Shown piece by piece: positions 46,240-54,851 of a DNA stretch of 55,413 bases. The translations under genes and the position numbers were made by a program. The DNA lies in the NCBI GenBank assembly GCA_035362115.1, contig DAOSDD010000001.1, forward strand, positions 1 to 55,413. The letters are read 5' to 3'. Origin of the DNA: Clostridiales bacterium. Its GTDB lineage: Bacteria; Bacillota; Clostridia; Acetivibrionales; DUMC01. Below the pieces are notes generated by a model. It was given only the letters and a program-made list of their open reading frames with translations. It was not told where the DNA came from and did not search any database. Numbering within the stretch: position 1 is the stretch's first letter; the number at the start of each line of letters is the position of its first letter.

Positions 46240-47655
46240 TTATCGTTTCATCTTGGGGTCAAAAGCATCACGCAAGCCATCACCCACAAAGTTAATTGCC
46301 AGAACAGTTACAAATATACATACACCTGATGGAATCCATAACCACCAGCGATAAGCAAAATCGTAGGAATCTTTTACTGTCTGTATCATATTTCCCCATG
46401 ATGGGTATGGCATGGCCACGCCAAGGCCCAGGAATGACAAGGCAGATTCGCTTAAGATTGCTCCACCTATTCCAAGGGTTGCAGACACAATTATCTGAGG
46501 AATAACATTAGGAATCAGGTGACGTGCTATCTTCCTTCTGTCGCTTAAGCCAAGTGCTTCAGCAGCCAGCATAAATTCCTGTTCGCGCAATGAAAGTATC
46601 TGTCCCCTTACAAGACGTGCTAGGGATGGCCACCCAAGGAAACCTAGAATAAGCATAACAAAGAATATCCTTTTCTGAGGTGGTACATCAAGGTCTGACA
46701 TAACTGTACCAAGAATAATGACCATGGGAAGATATGGAAGACTTAAAAACACATCAACAATTCTCATAAGGGCACTATCTATCTTGCCTCCATAATACCC
46801 TGCAATACCACCAATTGCAGTTCCTATAACAATCTCTATCAATACAGCTACAAAACCTACTGTAAGTGATATCCTGCCCCCGTACATCAGTCTTGTAAAA
46901 ATATCTCTTCCTATTGCATCTGTTCCAAAAATATATTTAAAACTAGGCTTCTGTTTGGCTATTGTAACTTTAGTCTCAAGTAGAGCAAAGTTTGAAAATA
47001 CCGGGCCATAGAAGCATAATATTATAAATATAGCTAATATGCCCATACCAACAAGTGCCAGCTTATTCCTTCTAAATTGTCTTAAGGCAATAGACCAGGG
47101 TGTCTGAATCAAATCCTGTCTGTTTCTTTCAATATTCTCAAGAACCTTTACAGCAATAGCAACAATTAGAGGCAAAAGTCCTGCGATAACAAAAACATGG
47201 GCTCCTATTCCTGTGGTAACTTCTTCCTGTGCAATTTTATAAATATATGATCCATCACTGGCCTGCTGTTTCACCAGTAAATTTGCAAAGAATTCTATTA
47301 CACTGGTTCCTGTATCTGATAGTTGCACACCGTATAAAACATATCCCAGTGAAGCAGTAAATATGGAAAAACTTGAAATATTTTTGCTTTTTTTAAATAT
47401 GCCCACTGTGAACAGCCCCGCTGTTAATGTGTACATTATTAGAGAGAGTAAAAGCGGCAATGAATTGCTTATTATGACAAGAACAGGCCCGCTGCCTGAA
47501 ACAGGTGTAAGCTCAACTCTCTCTAAAATATGAAAAACCAGATCAAAACCACTAATAGATCCATATTTCTTTATATTGGCAAATGGTAATGTGAATATAA
47601 TAACAATTATTATTGAAAAAATGATTCCCGAAAACAATAAGGTTTTTCTTTTCAT
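46240..47655 (-). CDS. Oligo/dipeptide ABC permease (OppC/DppC type) with a ~180-aa extra N-terminal membrane domain
   Basis: The C-terminal ~290 aa form a typical OppC-like permease (EAA-like loop EAAEALGLSDRRKIARHLIPN). The N-terminal ~180 aa contain about 5 additional hydrophobic segments. Confidence 0.85.
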   Translation of the reverse strand: MKRKTLLFSGIIFSIIIVIIFTLPFANIKKYGSISGFDLVFHILERVELTPVSGSGPVLVIISNSLPLLLSLIMYTLTAGLFTVGIFKKSKNISSFSIFTASLGYVLYGVQLSDTGTSVIEFFANLLVKQQASDGSYIYKIAQEEVTTGIGAHVFVIAGLLPLIVAIAVKVLENIERNRQDLIQTPWSIALRQFRRNKLALVGMGILAIFIILCFYGPVFSNFALLETKVTIAKQKPSFKYIFGTDAIGRDIFTRLMYGGRISLTVGFVAVLIEIVIGTAIGGIAGYYGGKIDSALMRIVDVFLSLPYLPMVIILGTVMSDLDVPPQKRIFFVMLILGFLGWPSLARLVRGQILSLREQEFMLAAEALGLSDRRKIARHLIPNVIPQIIVSATLGIGGAILSESALSFLGLGVAMPYPSWGNMIQTVKDSYDFAYRWWLWIPSGVCIFVTVLAINFVGDGLRDAFDPKMKR

Positions 47656-47664
47656 TATTGCACC

Positions 47665-48627
47665 TCACTTAAGCTTTACACGTGGGTCTACCACCGCATA
47701 AAGAATATCTGATAAAAGGTTACCAATTAATGTTAGGACAGCAACAAACATGGAGAAGCCCATCAACAGGGGATAATCCCTTTTGTTTACTGCATCCAGA
47801 GCAATCTTCCCTATTCCTGGTATGCCAAAAATGCTTTCAGTAATTATTGCGCCTGAAAACAGTCCGGGCAATGACAGTCCTATTATTGTTACAATTGGTA
47901 TTAGAGCATTTCTTAGAGCATGTTTATAAATAACAGTCTTCTCACTTAATCCCTTAGATCGAGCAGTCCTGATATAGTCTTGTTTAATAACTTCCAAAAC
48001 CGCAGTTCTTGTAAATCTCATTAAAGAACCAACACCACTAAATGCAAGAACCAGGCACGGCATTATAAGATGGGATATAACATCCCATAGGTACCTGATA
48101 CCAGTGTAGTTAGCACCAGGTGTAGTCATATTTGCCAGTGGAAGTATCTTTAAATCTACAGCAAATATTTTCTTTAAAAGAAGACCCATGAAAAAAGATG
48201 GTATTGAAATTCCCATCAATGCAAAAACAGTAAAAATCATATCCGTTTTTGAATACTGCTTTGTAGCAGAAATAATTCCAATGGGTATAGCTATTAAAAT
48301 CTCCAATATAAAAGCAAATAATGCCAGAATGAATGAATTCCACACAAATGTATTAATTACCTCAGATACAGGTTTTATATAAATAAATGAGTCTCCAAAA
48401 TCGCCCACTGCTGCACCTTTTAACCATTTCCAGTACTTCACAGGTATGGGGTCGTTTATGCCATAAAGATCCTTAAGGTGCTCAATTTGTTCTGCAGACA
48501 TTTTTGGATTTGCCTTTGCCTCAATAAAATTTCCCGGCACTAAATTTATTATTAAAAATATTACCAGGGAAATACCTATAATAATAGGAATCATTTGTAG
48601 TATTCTTCTAATTAAATACTGCCACAT
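47665..48627 (-). CDS. Oligo/dipeptide ABC permease (OppB/DppB type)
   Basis: 320 aa. N-terminus MWQYLIRRILQMIPIIIGISLVIF, with an EAA-type loop (YIRTARSKGLSEKTVIYKHALRNA). Confidence 0.9.
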   Translation of the reverse strand: MWQYLIRRILQMIPIIIGISLVIFLIINLVPGNFIEAKANPKMSAEQIEHLKDLYGINDPIPVKYWKWLKGAAVGDFGDSFIYIKPVSEVINTFVWNSFILALFAFILEILIAIPIGIISATKQYSKTDMIFTVFALMGISIPSFFMGLLLKKIFAVDLKILPLANMTTPGANYTGIRYLWDVISHLIMPCLVLAFSGVGSLMRFTRTAVLEVIKQDYIRTARSKGLSEKTVIYKHALRNALIPIVTIIGLSLPGLFSGAIITESIFGIPGIGKIALDAVNKRDYPLLMGFSMFVAVLTLIGNLLSDILYAVVDPRVKLK

Positions 48628-48652
48628 ATTTCCTCCTCCCCATTATATGTCA

Positions 48653-48677
48653 ACTGCCCGAACAAAGTTCGGGCAGT
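48653..48677 (-). other. Intercistronic perfect hairpin between the binding-protein and permease genes
   Basis: ACTGCCCGAAC-aaa-GTTCGGGCAGT forms an 11-bp perfect stem, with no U-tract on the transcribed strand. Confidence 0.6.
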
Positions 48678-48774
48678 AACATACAAACAACATCTTTATG
48701 CGTTTCATGCTGTGTATTTTTCTATCTTAATGTCAATATTTAATATAAATGATTTGCAATTTGCAAAGTATTGC

Positions 48775-50553
48775 TTACTGAGCCGGGCTTACCAGTTCAC
48801 ATTTATAAAGGTTGTACAAATATTCTCTGTAAGAAGAGAGCTCAGGCCCTTTGACTCTTGCATTTGCAACCCACATGTCACTTCTCTGGTATACCCAGGA
48901 GCATGGCAAATCATCATTTAAGACTTTATAAAGATCCTTGTAGATAGCTTTACGTTTTGCAACATCAGTTTCATTGATACCATCGTCTATGAGTTTATCT
49001 GCCTGAGGATTCTTGTACTGATATCTGTTTTGAGCTCCCTGTGAATGGTAAATATTCTTTGCATCCGGGTCTGGAGTCAAGCCCCATGCCATAAACCACA
49101 TTTCAACCTGTTTCTTGTTAACCTTATCAACAAGTGTTGGCCAATCAAGTGTTTCAATAACTATATCTATACCAAGTTTTGCATAGTCGTCTTTCATAAC
49201 CGGGAGGAGAATATCGGTTACAGGGTGCCCTGGCATTGCTGTAAATTTAACTGTGAACACTTCGCCATCCTTTTCTCTCTTACCATTGGCATTCAACTTC
49301 CAACCTGCTTCGTCAAGAAGCTTCCCTGCTTTATCAAGGTCGAAATCGTAAGCGTTAATTCCTTCATCGTTATAAGCCCATGATACTTTGGACTGAGGTA
49401 TATTGATTACACTGCCATAATCACCGTAAATCTGCGCAACAACATCTTTTCTGTTCATAGCATAGTAGAGGGCTTGCTTTACTTTCTTATCCTGATATTT
49501 CTTAACAGTGTTGTTTATACCTACATACCCATAACCATTGGTTGGGAATCTGTATACATTAATAAATTCTGTGTTTTTAGCTTCTTGTATATTTTCAGCA
49601 GATACATCACCCATATCAATGTCGGTTTCTCCAAGCATTACTCTTTGTAATTCTTCTCCTGAAGGTGTTACAGAGAAGACTACATTTTTAATCTTTGGAG
49701 CAGCTTTGAAGTAATTTTCGTTGGCAACGAGTTCCAAAGACGCACCTTCTTTGTACTCAACGTATTTATACTGTCCTGTTCCCATTGGATTGCCTATATT
49801 GGCCTTAACTTTTTCAAGTTGTCCTTTTTTAAAGTCGACTCCATATACTTTCTTTGAAACAATTGGCATGTTCAATGACCAGATTGCAGGACCACTTGGC
49901 TTATCACATGTAACTTCAATTGTTGTATCATTAATAACTTTTACTCCCTCAATTTTTTCAGCAATACCATCTTTATATGTTTCAAAACCTTTGATAAAAG
50001 CTGATGATATATCAATTGGGCCATCATAACTTGGGTCTGAGAGTACATAGTATGCAAATTCTACATCCTCTGCCTTTACAGGAGTGCCATCCCAGAATTT
50101 TAAATCTTCCTTTAATGTGAAAGTATACTTGAGACCATCATCAGATACTTTATAGTCAGCAGCACCTGGAATTGGTGAACCATCGAAATCAGCTTCTATC
50201 AAACTGTCAAACATTAATATATTTCCATATATATCATATGCAGTTTCAGCGTAGAAAGGATTAAATATACCATTGAACTCAGTTACACCTATAACCATGG
50301 TATCCTTTCTATCAAGTGCCACAGCTGGTGACTTGGCTGCATTTGATGCTTTTATAAAATCGACGCCAAGCTTAGTTAAATCAATTGATTCTTCTTTTGG
50401 ACCTTCTTCTTTTTTTTCTGATCCTACTTGTGTTTCAGAGCTAACTTCTTTATCAGAAGTCTCATCATTATTTTTCCCTTTTCCTAACCACACTGCTGTA
50501 ATTGCAATTATTACAACCAGCGCAATTGCCAATATTGGCAGGTACTTTTTCAT
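48775..50553 (-). CDS. Family-5 peptide/nickel ABC substrate-binding protein (OppA/DppA type)
   Basis: 592 aa with an N-terminal signal/anchor and an S/E/K-rich linker. It is the first gene of the five-gene permease/ATPase operon, and its length and pattern fit family-5 SBPs. Confidence 0.85.
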   Translation of the reverse strand: MKKYLPILAIALVVIIAITAVWLGKGKNNDETSDKEVSSETQVGSEKKEEGPKEESIDLTKLGVDFIKASNAAKSPAVALDRKDTMVIGVTEFNGIFNPFYAETAYDIYGNILMFDSLIEADFDGSPIPGAADYKVSDDGLKYTFTLKEDLKFWDGTPVKAEDVEFAYYVLSDPSYDGPIDISSAFIKGFETYKDGIAEKIEGVKVINDTTIEVTCDKPSGPAIWSLNMPIVSKKVYGVDFKKGQLEKVKANIGNPMGTGQYKYVEYKEGASLELVANENYFKAAPKIKNVVFSVTPSGEELQRVMLGETDIDMGDVSAENIQEAKNTEFINVYRFPTNGYGYVGINNTVKKYQDKKVKQALYYAMNRKDVVAQIYGDYGSVINIPQSKVSWAYNDEGINAYDFDLDKAGKLLDEAGWKLNANGKREKDGEVFTVKFTAMPGHPVTDILLPVMKDDYAKLGIDIVIETLDWPTLVDKVNKKQVEMWFMAWGLTPDPDAKNIYHSQGAQNRYQYKNPQADKLIDDGINETDVAKRKAIYKDLYKVLNDDLPCSWVYQRSDMWVANARVKGPELSSYREYLYNLYKCELVSPAQ

Positions 50554-51071
50554 AATACATTCCTCTCCTTTACAATATTAAATAGTTATATAATTTTATA
50601 ACTTTATGTTAATAAAGTTGATTTAATTCATTTTATAAGATTTGATATAAATTTGCAATATCATAATTGAAAATACTTGCAAATACCTGCAATAATAATG
50701 AAATTTTTCCTGCATCAAGTTAATACTTTAATGTGTTAGCAGTTTATCACTTGCTTGATTTAACAGCTCATCTGGCTAAAATACTGAAGTTTCTATAAAT
50801 CCATATACTTCTCACTACTAAAATCATGAACAAATAAAATACATATTAAAGCATAATAATGCAGGATTGGCTGCATTTCTGCACATGAGTGCATGGGAAA
50901 TATACCACAAAAATATATAATTTATACGCCTTGTTACCAATATTTACATTGGAATATTTCCAAATTGCATGTTATAATGCTACCGATAAGTTATTATGTA
51001 AACTTATTAACTGCGTTTGTTTGCCCAAAACACTAAATAGATTCTTAAATCAACAACAAAAGGGGGTATAT

Positions 51072-52451
51072 ATGACTAGTTTTAAGAAACTTATTATATC
51101 AGGTACATTAAGCTTAGGTATCCTTTTTTGCAGTGCAGGAATAACACATGCCCAGGAGATAAGCTATAAAGTCCAGCAGGGTGATACCTTTTGGATTGTA
51201 AGCCAGAAATATGGAGTACCTGTTAATCGCTTAATGCAGGTAAATAAAGCTACTCAGAATACTATACTTTATATAGGTCAGAACATATTGATACCAACAG
51301 ATTATGAAATAATTCATACTGTTGTGGCAGGAGACACCTATTGGATTATAAGTCAAAAATATGGGGTTGACCTGTATTCATTAATGGCGGCTAACAAAGC
51401 TACAGAAAAAACAATTCTTTATATCGGAGACAAGGTTGTAATTCCGCCTAAACCTCAAGCACCCCAATATACTCTATACACAATACAAGCTGGAGATACC
51501 TATTGGATTATAAGCCGGAAATATAAATTGGATGTAAAATATTTAATGGCCTATAATGGTGCAAATGAAAATACTATACTATACATTGGGCAAACAATTA
51601 AAATACCTCAACCAGGTGTATCAGGAAGTACTGCATCAGGCGCAGGTACTGCATCAGGCGCAGGTACTACATCAGGTGCAAGTACTGCATCAGGTGCAAG
51701 TACTGCATCAGGTGCAAGTACTGCATCAGGTACTATATCAGGCACTACGCCTGTACAAGTACCTGTACAGACACTTACCGGTACAGAACCTTATATTACC
51801 TATACACAATATACAGTGCAAAAAGGAGATATTCTGTGGGATATTGCTATTAAATTCGGAATTCCACAAACTGAGTTACTGAAGGCAAACAATCTAACTG
51901 AATTATCTATTGCATATATTGGTGATATATTGAAAATTCCTGTCCATCATGTGCCGGTTAAGGCGACTCCAGGAGACAAATACGGTGAATACCTTGATTG
52001 GTGGACTGAAGCACAGTATGTTGTGCCTGTTGGAAGTGAATTTGAGGTAATTGATTTTTATACCGGAAGGTCTTTTAAAGCAAAGCGTACTACAGGAGCA
52101 AACCATGCTGATTGTGAAGCTTTAACCATAAGTGATGTAAGTAAAATGAAGGAAATATGGGGAGGTAACCTTAGTTGGGTTTCACGTCCTGTTATTATTA
52201 AGTACAATGGTAGAAAAATTGCTGCTAGTGCAGCCAGCTTCCCACATGCAGGGAATGATAATGCTCCAGGCGGAATATATACTACATGGCGAAGCGGGGA
52301 TTATGGAGCAGGTTATAACCTTGATTGGGTTAAAGATAATGGTATGGATGGAGTTTTTGATATACACTTTTTAAACAGTACAAGGCATTTGGATGGAAAA
52401 ATCGATTTATCTCACCAGGGTAACATAAAGCCGGCAGCAGGGATAAAATAA
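51072..52451 (+). CDS. Secreted protein with four LysM domains and an uncharacterised ~190-aa C-terminal domain
   Basis: AAAGGGGG lies 5 nt before the ATG at 51072, and the signal peptide ends AGITHAQE. There are four Y.V..GDT.W.I..KYG...L...N......I..GQ.I.IP repeats and an S/G/A/T linker. Confidence 0.85.
   Translation: MTSFKKLIISGTLSLGILFCSAGITHAQEISYKVQQGDTFWIVSQKYGVPVNRLMQVNKATQNTILYIGQNILIPTDYEIIHTVVAGDTYWIISQKYGVDLYSLMAANKATEKTILYIGDKVVIPPKPQAPQYTLYTIQAGDTYWIISRKYKLDVKYLMAYNGANENTILYIGQTIKIPQPGVSGSTASGAGTASGAGTTSGASTASGASTASGASTASGTISGTTPVQVPVQTLTGTEPYITYTQYTVQKGDILWDIAIKFGIPQTELLKANNLTELSIAYIGDILKIPVHHVPVKATPGDKYGEYLDWWTEAQYVVPVGSEFEVIDFYTGRSFKAKRTTGANHADCEALTISDVSKMKEIWGGNLSWVSRPVIIKYNGRKIAASAASFPHAGNDNAPGGIYTTWRSGDYGAGYNLDWVKDNGMDGVFDIHFLNSTRHLDGKIDLSHQGNIKPAAGIK
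51621..51743 (+). repeat. In-frame 18-bp tandem repeat, about 6.5 units (peptide SGA[GS]TA)
   Basis: TCAGG[CT]GCA[GA]GTACTGCA units at 51636, 51654, 51672, 51690 and 51708, with partial units either side. Confidence 0.9.
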
Positions 52452-52548
52452 GTTGGTATGAAAAGCAATCATGTTGATGAATACTAGACACTTTAATTTA
52501 ATGGAATGGGCACATTTTTTATCTCACTAATCTCGATTAATCTCGACT

Positions 52549-52837
52549 GGGTGCATTTAATTTAAGTGAAGAAAATATTGGTAAGGAGCATAAGTGAAGC
52601 TGCTGTAGCTGGGCAGGGGAAACTCTTCTCTCAAGTATCAGGCATTCCTTTTACGCTAGAGAGTTTCCCCATATCTGAGCGAAGGAAGAGCAAAATTGTT
52701 GTTTGAGTAAAATTGTTACTTAATATTCTTTCAGCCAATTTTATGAGTTCAATTTTGCCCAGAGCTGAATTTAAAGGCTCTAAGCAGAGTAACGTCAGCT
52801 CCTGGTAAATATTTCTTCACTTTTAAAATATGCACCC
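52549..52837 (+). mobile_element. MITE family 1, full-length copy (289 bp) with a perfect 9-bp target-site duplication
   Basis: GGGTGCATTTAATTTAAGTGAAGAAAATATT ... AAATATTTCTTCACTTTTAAAATATGCACCC. ATCTCGACT is present at 52540-52548 and again at 52838-52846. Confidence 0.9.
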
Positions 52838-53451
52838 ATCTCGACTTCATAGATTGCATTTAAGTTTTTATCAAATCCTATTAGCCTTTTAATTTTATAA
52901 TCTGTTTCCTTACTATTCCAGGTAAACAAAAACATATTATCGTAAAGCTGCGGATATTCAAGGATTTTTTTCTCTCCATGCAGTTCCGCTTCCATCTTTA
53001 CAGATATAATTCTATTGTCATTTACAACGCCATATAACATCCAAAGCATATAGTCATCCCTGTAGGTGCTACCATGCCAGTAATAATCTATTGAACGCGA
53101 CACATCATTTTCCTTGCCATGTACCTGATTTCCAGGATACCACATACCTAAACAGCCTTTCTTAACAGTATTACAAGAAAACCATTTGTCATATTTACAT
53201 AAAAATAGCTTCCCATATTTAAAATTTTGGGTTTGTATTACTTTTGAAGGCCCGTAGTTAGCTGTTTTCTCAGATTTCTTATGCGCAGAAAGTGCTGTTA
53301 ATGAAGCACTGGAAAACATGAAGTGTATAAAAAGCAATGTTAACAGTATTCCTGTATTTCTTATAAGTTTATGTTTTTTACTCAAAGCTGTCACCCCCAT
53401 AGCCCCCATAAAGAGGTATCTCAAATCGCATTTTGCGGTTATAATAATCAT
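52795..53451 (-). CDS. Hypothetical secreted/membrane-anchored protein; 3' end lies inside the MITE
   Basis: 218-aa maximal ORF. A likely start is the TTG at 53385 (GGGGGTG 6 nt upstream), giving the signal-like N-terminus SKKHKLIRNTGILLTLLFIHFMFSSASLTALSA. The last 14 codons plus the stop are encoded by MITE sequence. Confidence 0.55.
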   Translation of the reverse strand: MIIITAKCDLRYLFMGAMGVTALSKKHKLIRNTGILLTLLFIHFMFSSASLTALSAHKKSEKTANYGPSKVIQTQNFKYGKLFLCKYDKWFSCNTVKKGCLGMWYPGNQVHGKENDVSRSIDYYWHGSTYRDDYMLWMLYGVVNDNRIISVKMEAELHGEKKILEYPQLYDNMFLFTWNSKETDYKIKRLIGFDKNLNAIYEVEMGAYFKSEEIFTRS

Positions 53452-53590
53452 AATCGAGTATTAGTACAGCAGCCGTTTCATTAATCTTCTCAATTTTAAT
53501 AATATGCCTTGTTCCGAAAATATTTCCGATACTTGAAGAGCCTCCATAGTACTCATTTCCTAAATCATCATATACATTAAAGTGAAGCAT
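53378..53590 (-). CDS. Small ORF (70 aa), possibly a gene remnant, translationally coupled to the downstream ORF
   Basis: Its stop TAA overlaps the TTG start candidate of the next ORF (TTGAGTAA). The frame is open for only 14 more codons upstream and lacks a convincing RBS. Confidence 0.3.
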   Translation of the reverse strand: MLHFNVYDDLGNEYYGGSSSIGNIFGTRHIIKIEKINETAAVLILDYDYYNRKMRFEIPLYGGYGGDSFE

Positions 53591-53717
53591 GGACCAACCA
53601 TGAGAAAAAGGCTTTGAATAATCTTTAGATAATTATAAAGTCTTTAAATAATCCTTAAAATGTCTGAATCTTTTGAATAAACTTATTAAATGGTAACTCG
53701 TAATATTAACTGTACAT

Positions 53718-54515
53718 TTAAATAAGTTTCTTCAAAATTACAGCTATCCTTCCTTTTCGCGTTGTACCGCCAATTTCATCGATAACAACCCTGCCTTTTC
53801 CTTTTACCGATACGGTATCTCCTTCTTTAACCTGTGCAGAAAGACTGTCTTCAGGTTCCCAATTCAAATATACTCTGCCGGAACTAAATAATGGTGCAAC
53901 TTTGCTCCTGGATATTGTAAATCCATTACTTACAATACAGTCAAGTCTTAAAGAAGGTACAGTACATTTGATTTCTTTTGTTCTGGGTACCGAAATTTCC
54001 AAATTTTCAAGTTTTCCCAGCCTTGTATAGACATTTATATGACCTATTTTATTAAGGTTGTACAATATATAGTCTGCAACATCTTTCAATACAATAATAC
54101 TGCATGACCTTTCGTCCACAATGATGTCACCTATCTTCTCCCTTTTAATTCCCAATCCCATTAAAGCGCCCAGATAATCCCTGTGCGAAAGGTATCTTTC
54201 TGTTTTAAGTTTTATTTCTAATAGGGTTAGATAGTCAGATAGGGATGGATGGTTAGACATTTGTTCAGGGCTGAATATTACAATTGTTCTCTCCGCCTCC
54301 TTATATCCGCCATCAAATTTATATTCTACATCTTTTACACCATGCAGCGCACTTTCAATTGTCTTTCGCTGATATGGGTCAAGAAAATCAGAACAGGCAG
54401 CTATCCATGACTTCTCAGCCTGGGCTGCCTTATCAATTATCCTGGTTACAAGCATTTTGTCTTCGATTTTATTAAATTTCCCGAGTATGTTTTTCTTGTC
54501 TATCATGTTATTCAC
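53718..54515 (-). CDS. ylmH: YlmH-family S4-domain RNA-binding protein
   Basis: 265 aa. The N-terminal block (DKAAQAEKSWIAACSDFLDPYQ) and the C-terminal S4 domain (RLDCIVSNGFTISRSKVAPLFSSGRVYLNWE) are typical of YlmH. Confidence 0.85.
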   Translation of the reverse strand: MNNMIDKKNILGKFNKIEDKMLVTRIIDKAAQAEKSWIAACSDFLDPYQRKTIESALHGVKDVEYKFDGGYKEAERTIVIFSPEQMSNHPSLSDYLTLLEIKLKTERYLSHRDYLGALMGLGIKREKIGDIIVDERSCSIIVLKDVADYILYNLNKIGHINVYTRLGKLENLEISVPRTKEIKCTVPSLRLDCIVSNGFTISRSKVAPLFSSGRVYLNWEPEDSLSAQVKEGDTVSVKGKGRVVIDEIGGTTRKGRIAVILKKLI

Positions 54516-54545
54516 CCATAAATTGAATAGTATATCCTGATTTAT

Positions 54546-54834
54546 GGGTGCATATAATTTAAGTGGAGAAAATATTGGTAAGGAGCATAAGTGAAGCTAC
54601 CGTAGCTAGGCAGGAGAAACTCTTCTCTCTGATAATTGATGTTCCTTTTATTTTGAAGAGTTTCCCCGTATCTGAGCATAGGAGAAGCAAAATTGTTGTT
54701 TGAGTAAAATTGTTTCTTAATTTTTTATCAGACAATTTTGCGGGATCAATTTTGCCCGGAGCTGAATTTAAAGGCTCTAGGCAGTGTAACGTCAGCTTCT
54801 GGTAAATATTTCTTCACTTTTAAAATATGCACCC
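54546..54834 (+). mobile_element. MITE family 1, full-length copy (289 bp) with a perfect 9-bp target-site duplication
   Basis: It aligns end to end with 52549-52837. CTGATTTAT is present at 54537-54545 and again at 54835-54843. Confidence 0.9.
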
Positions 54835-54851
54835 CTGATTTATCTATCTAT

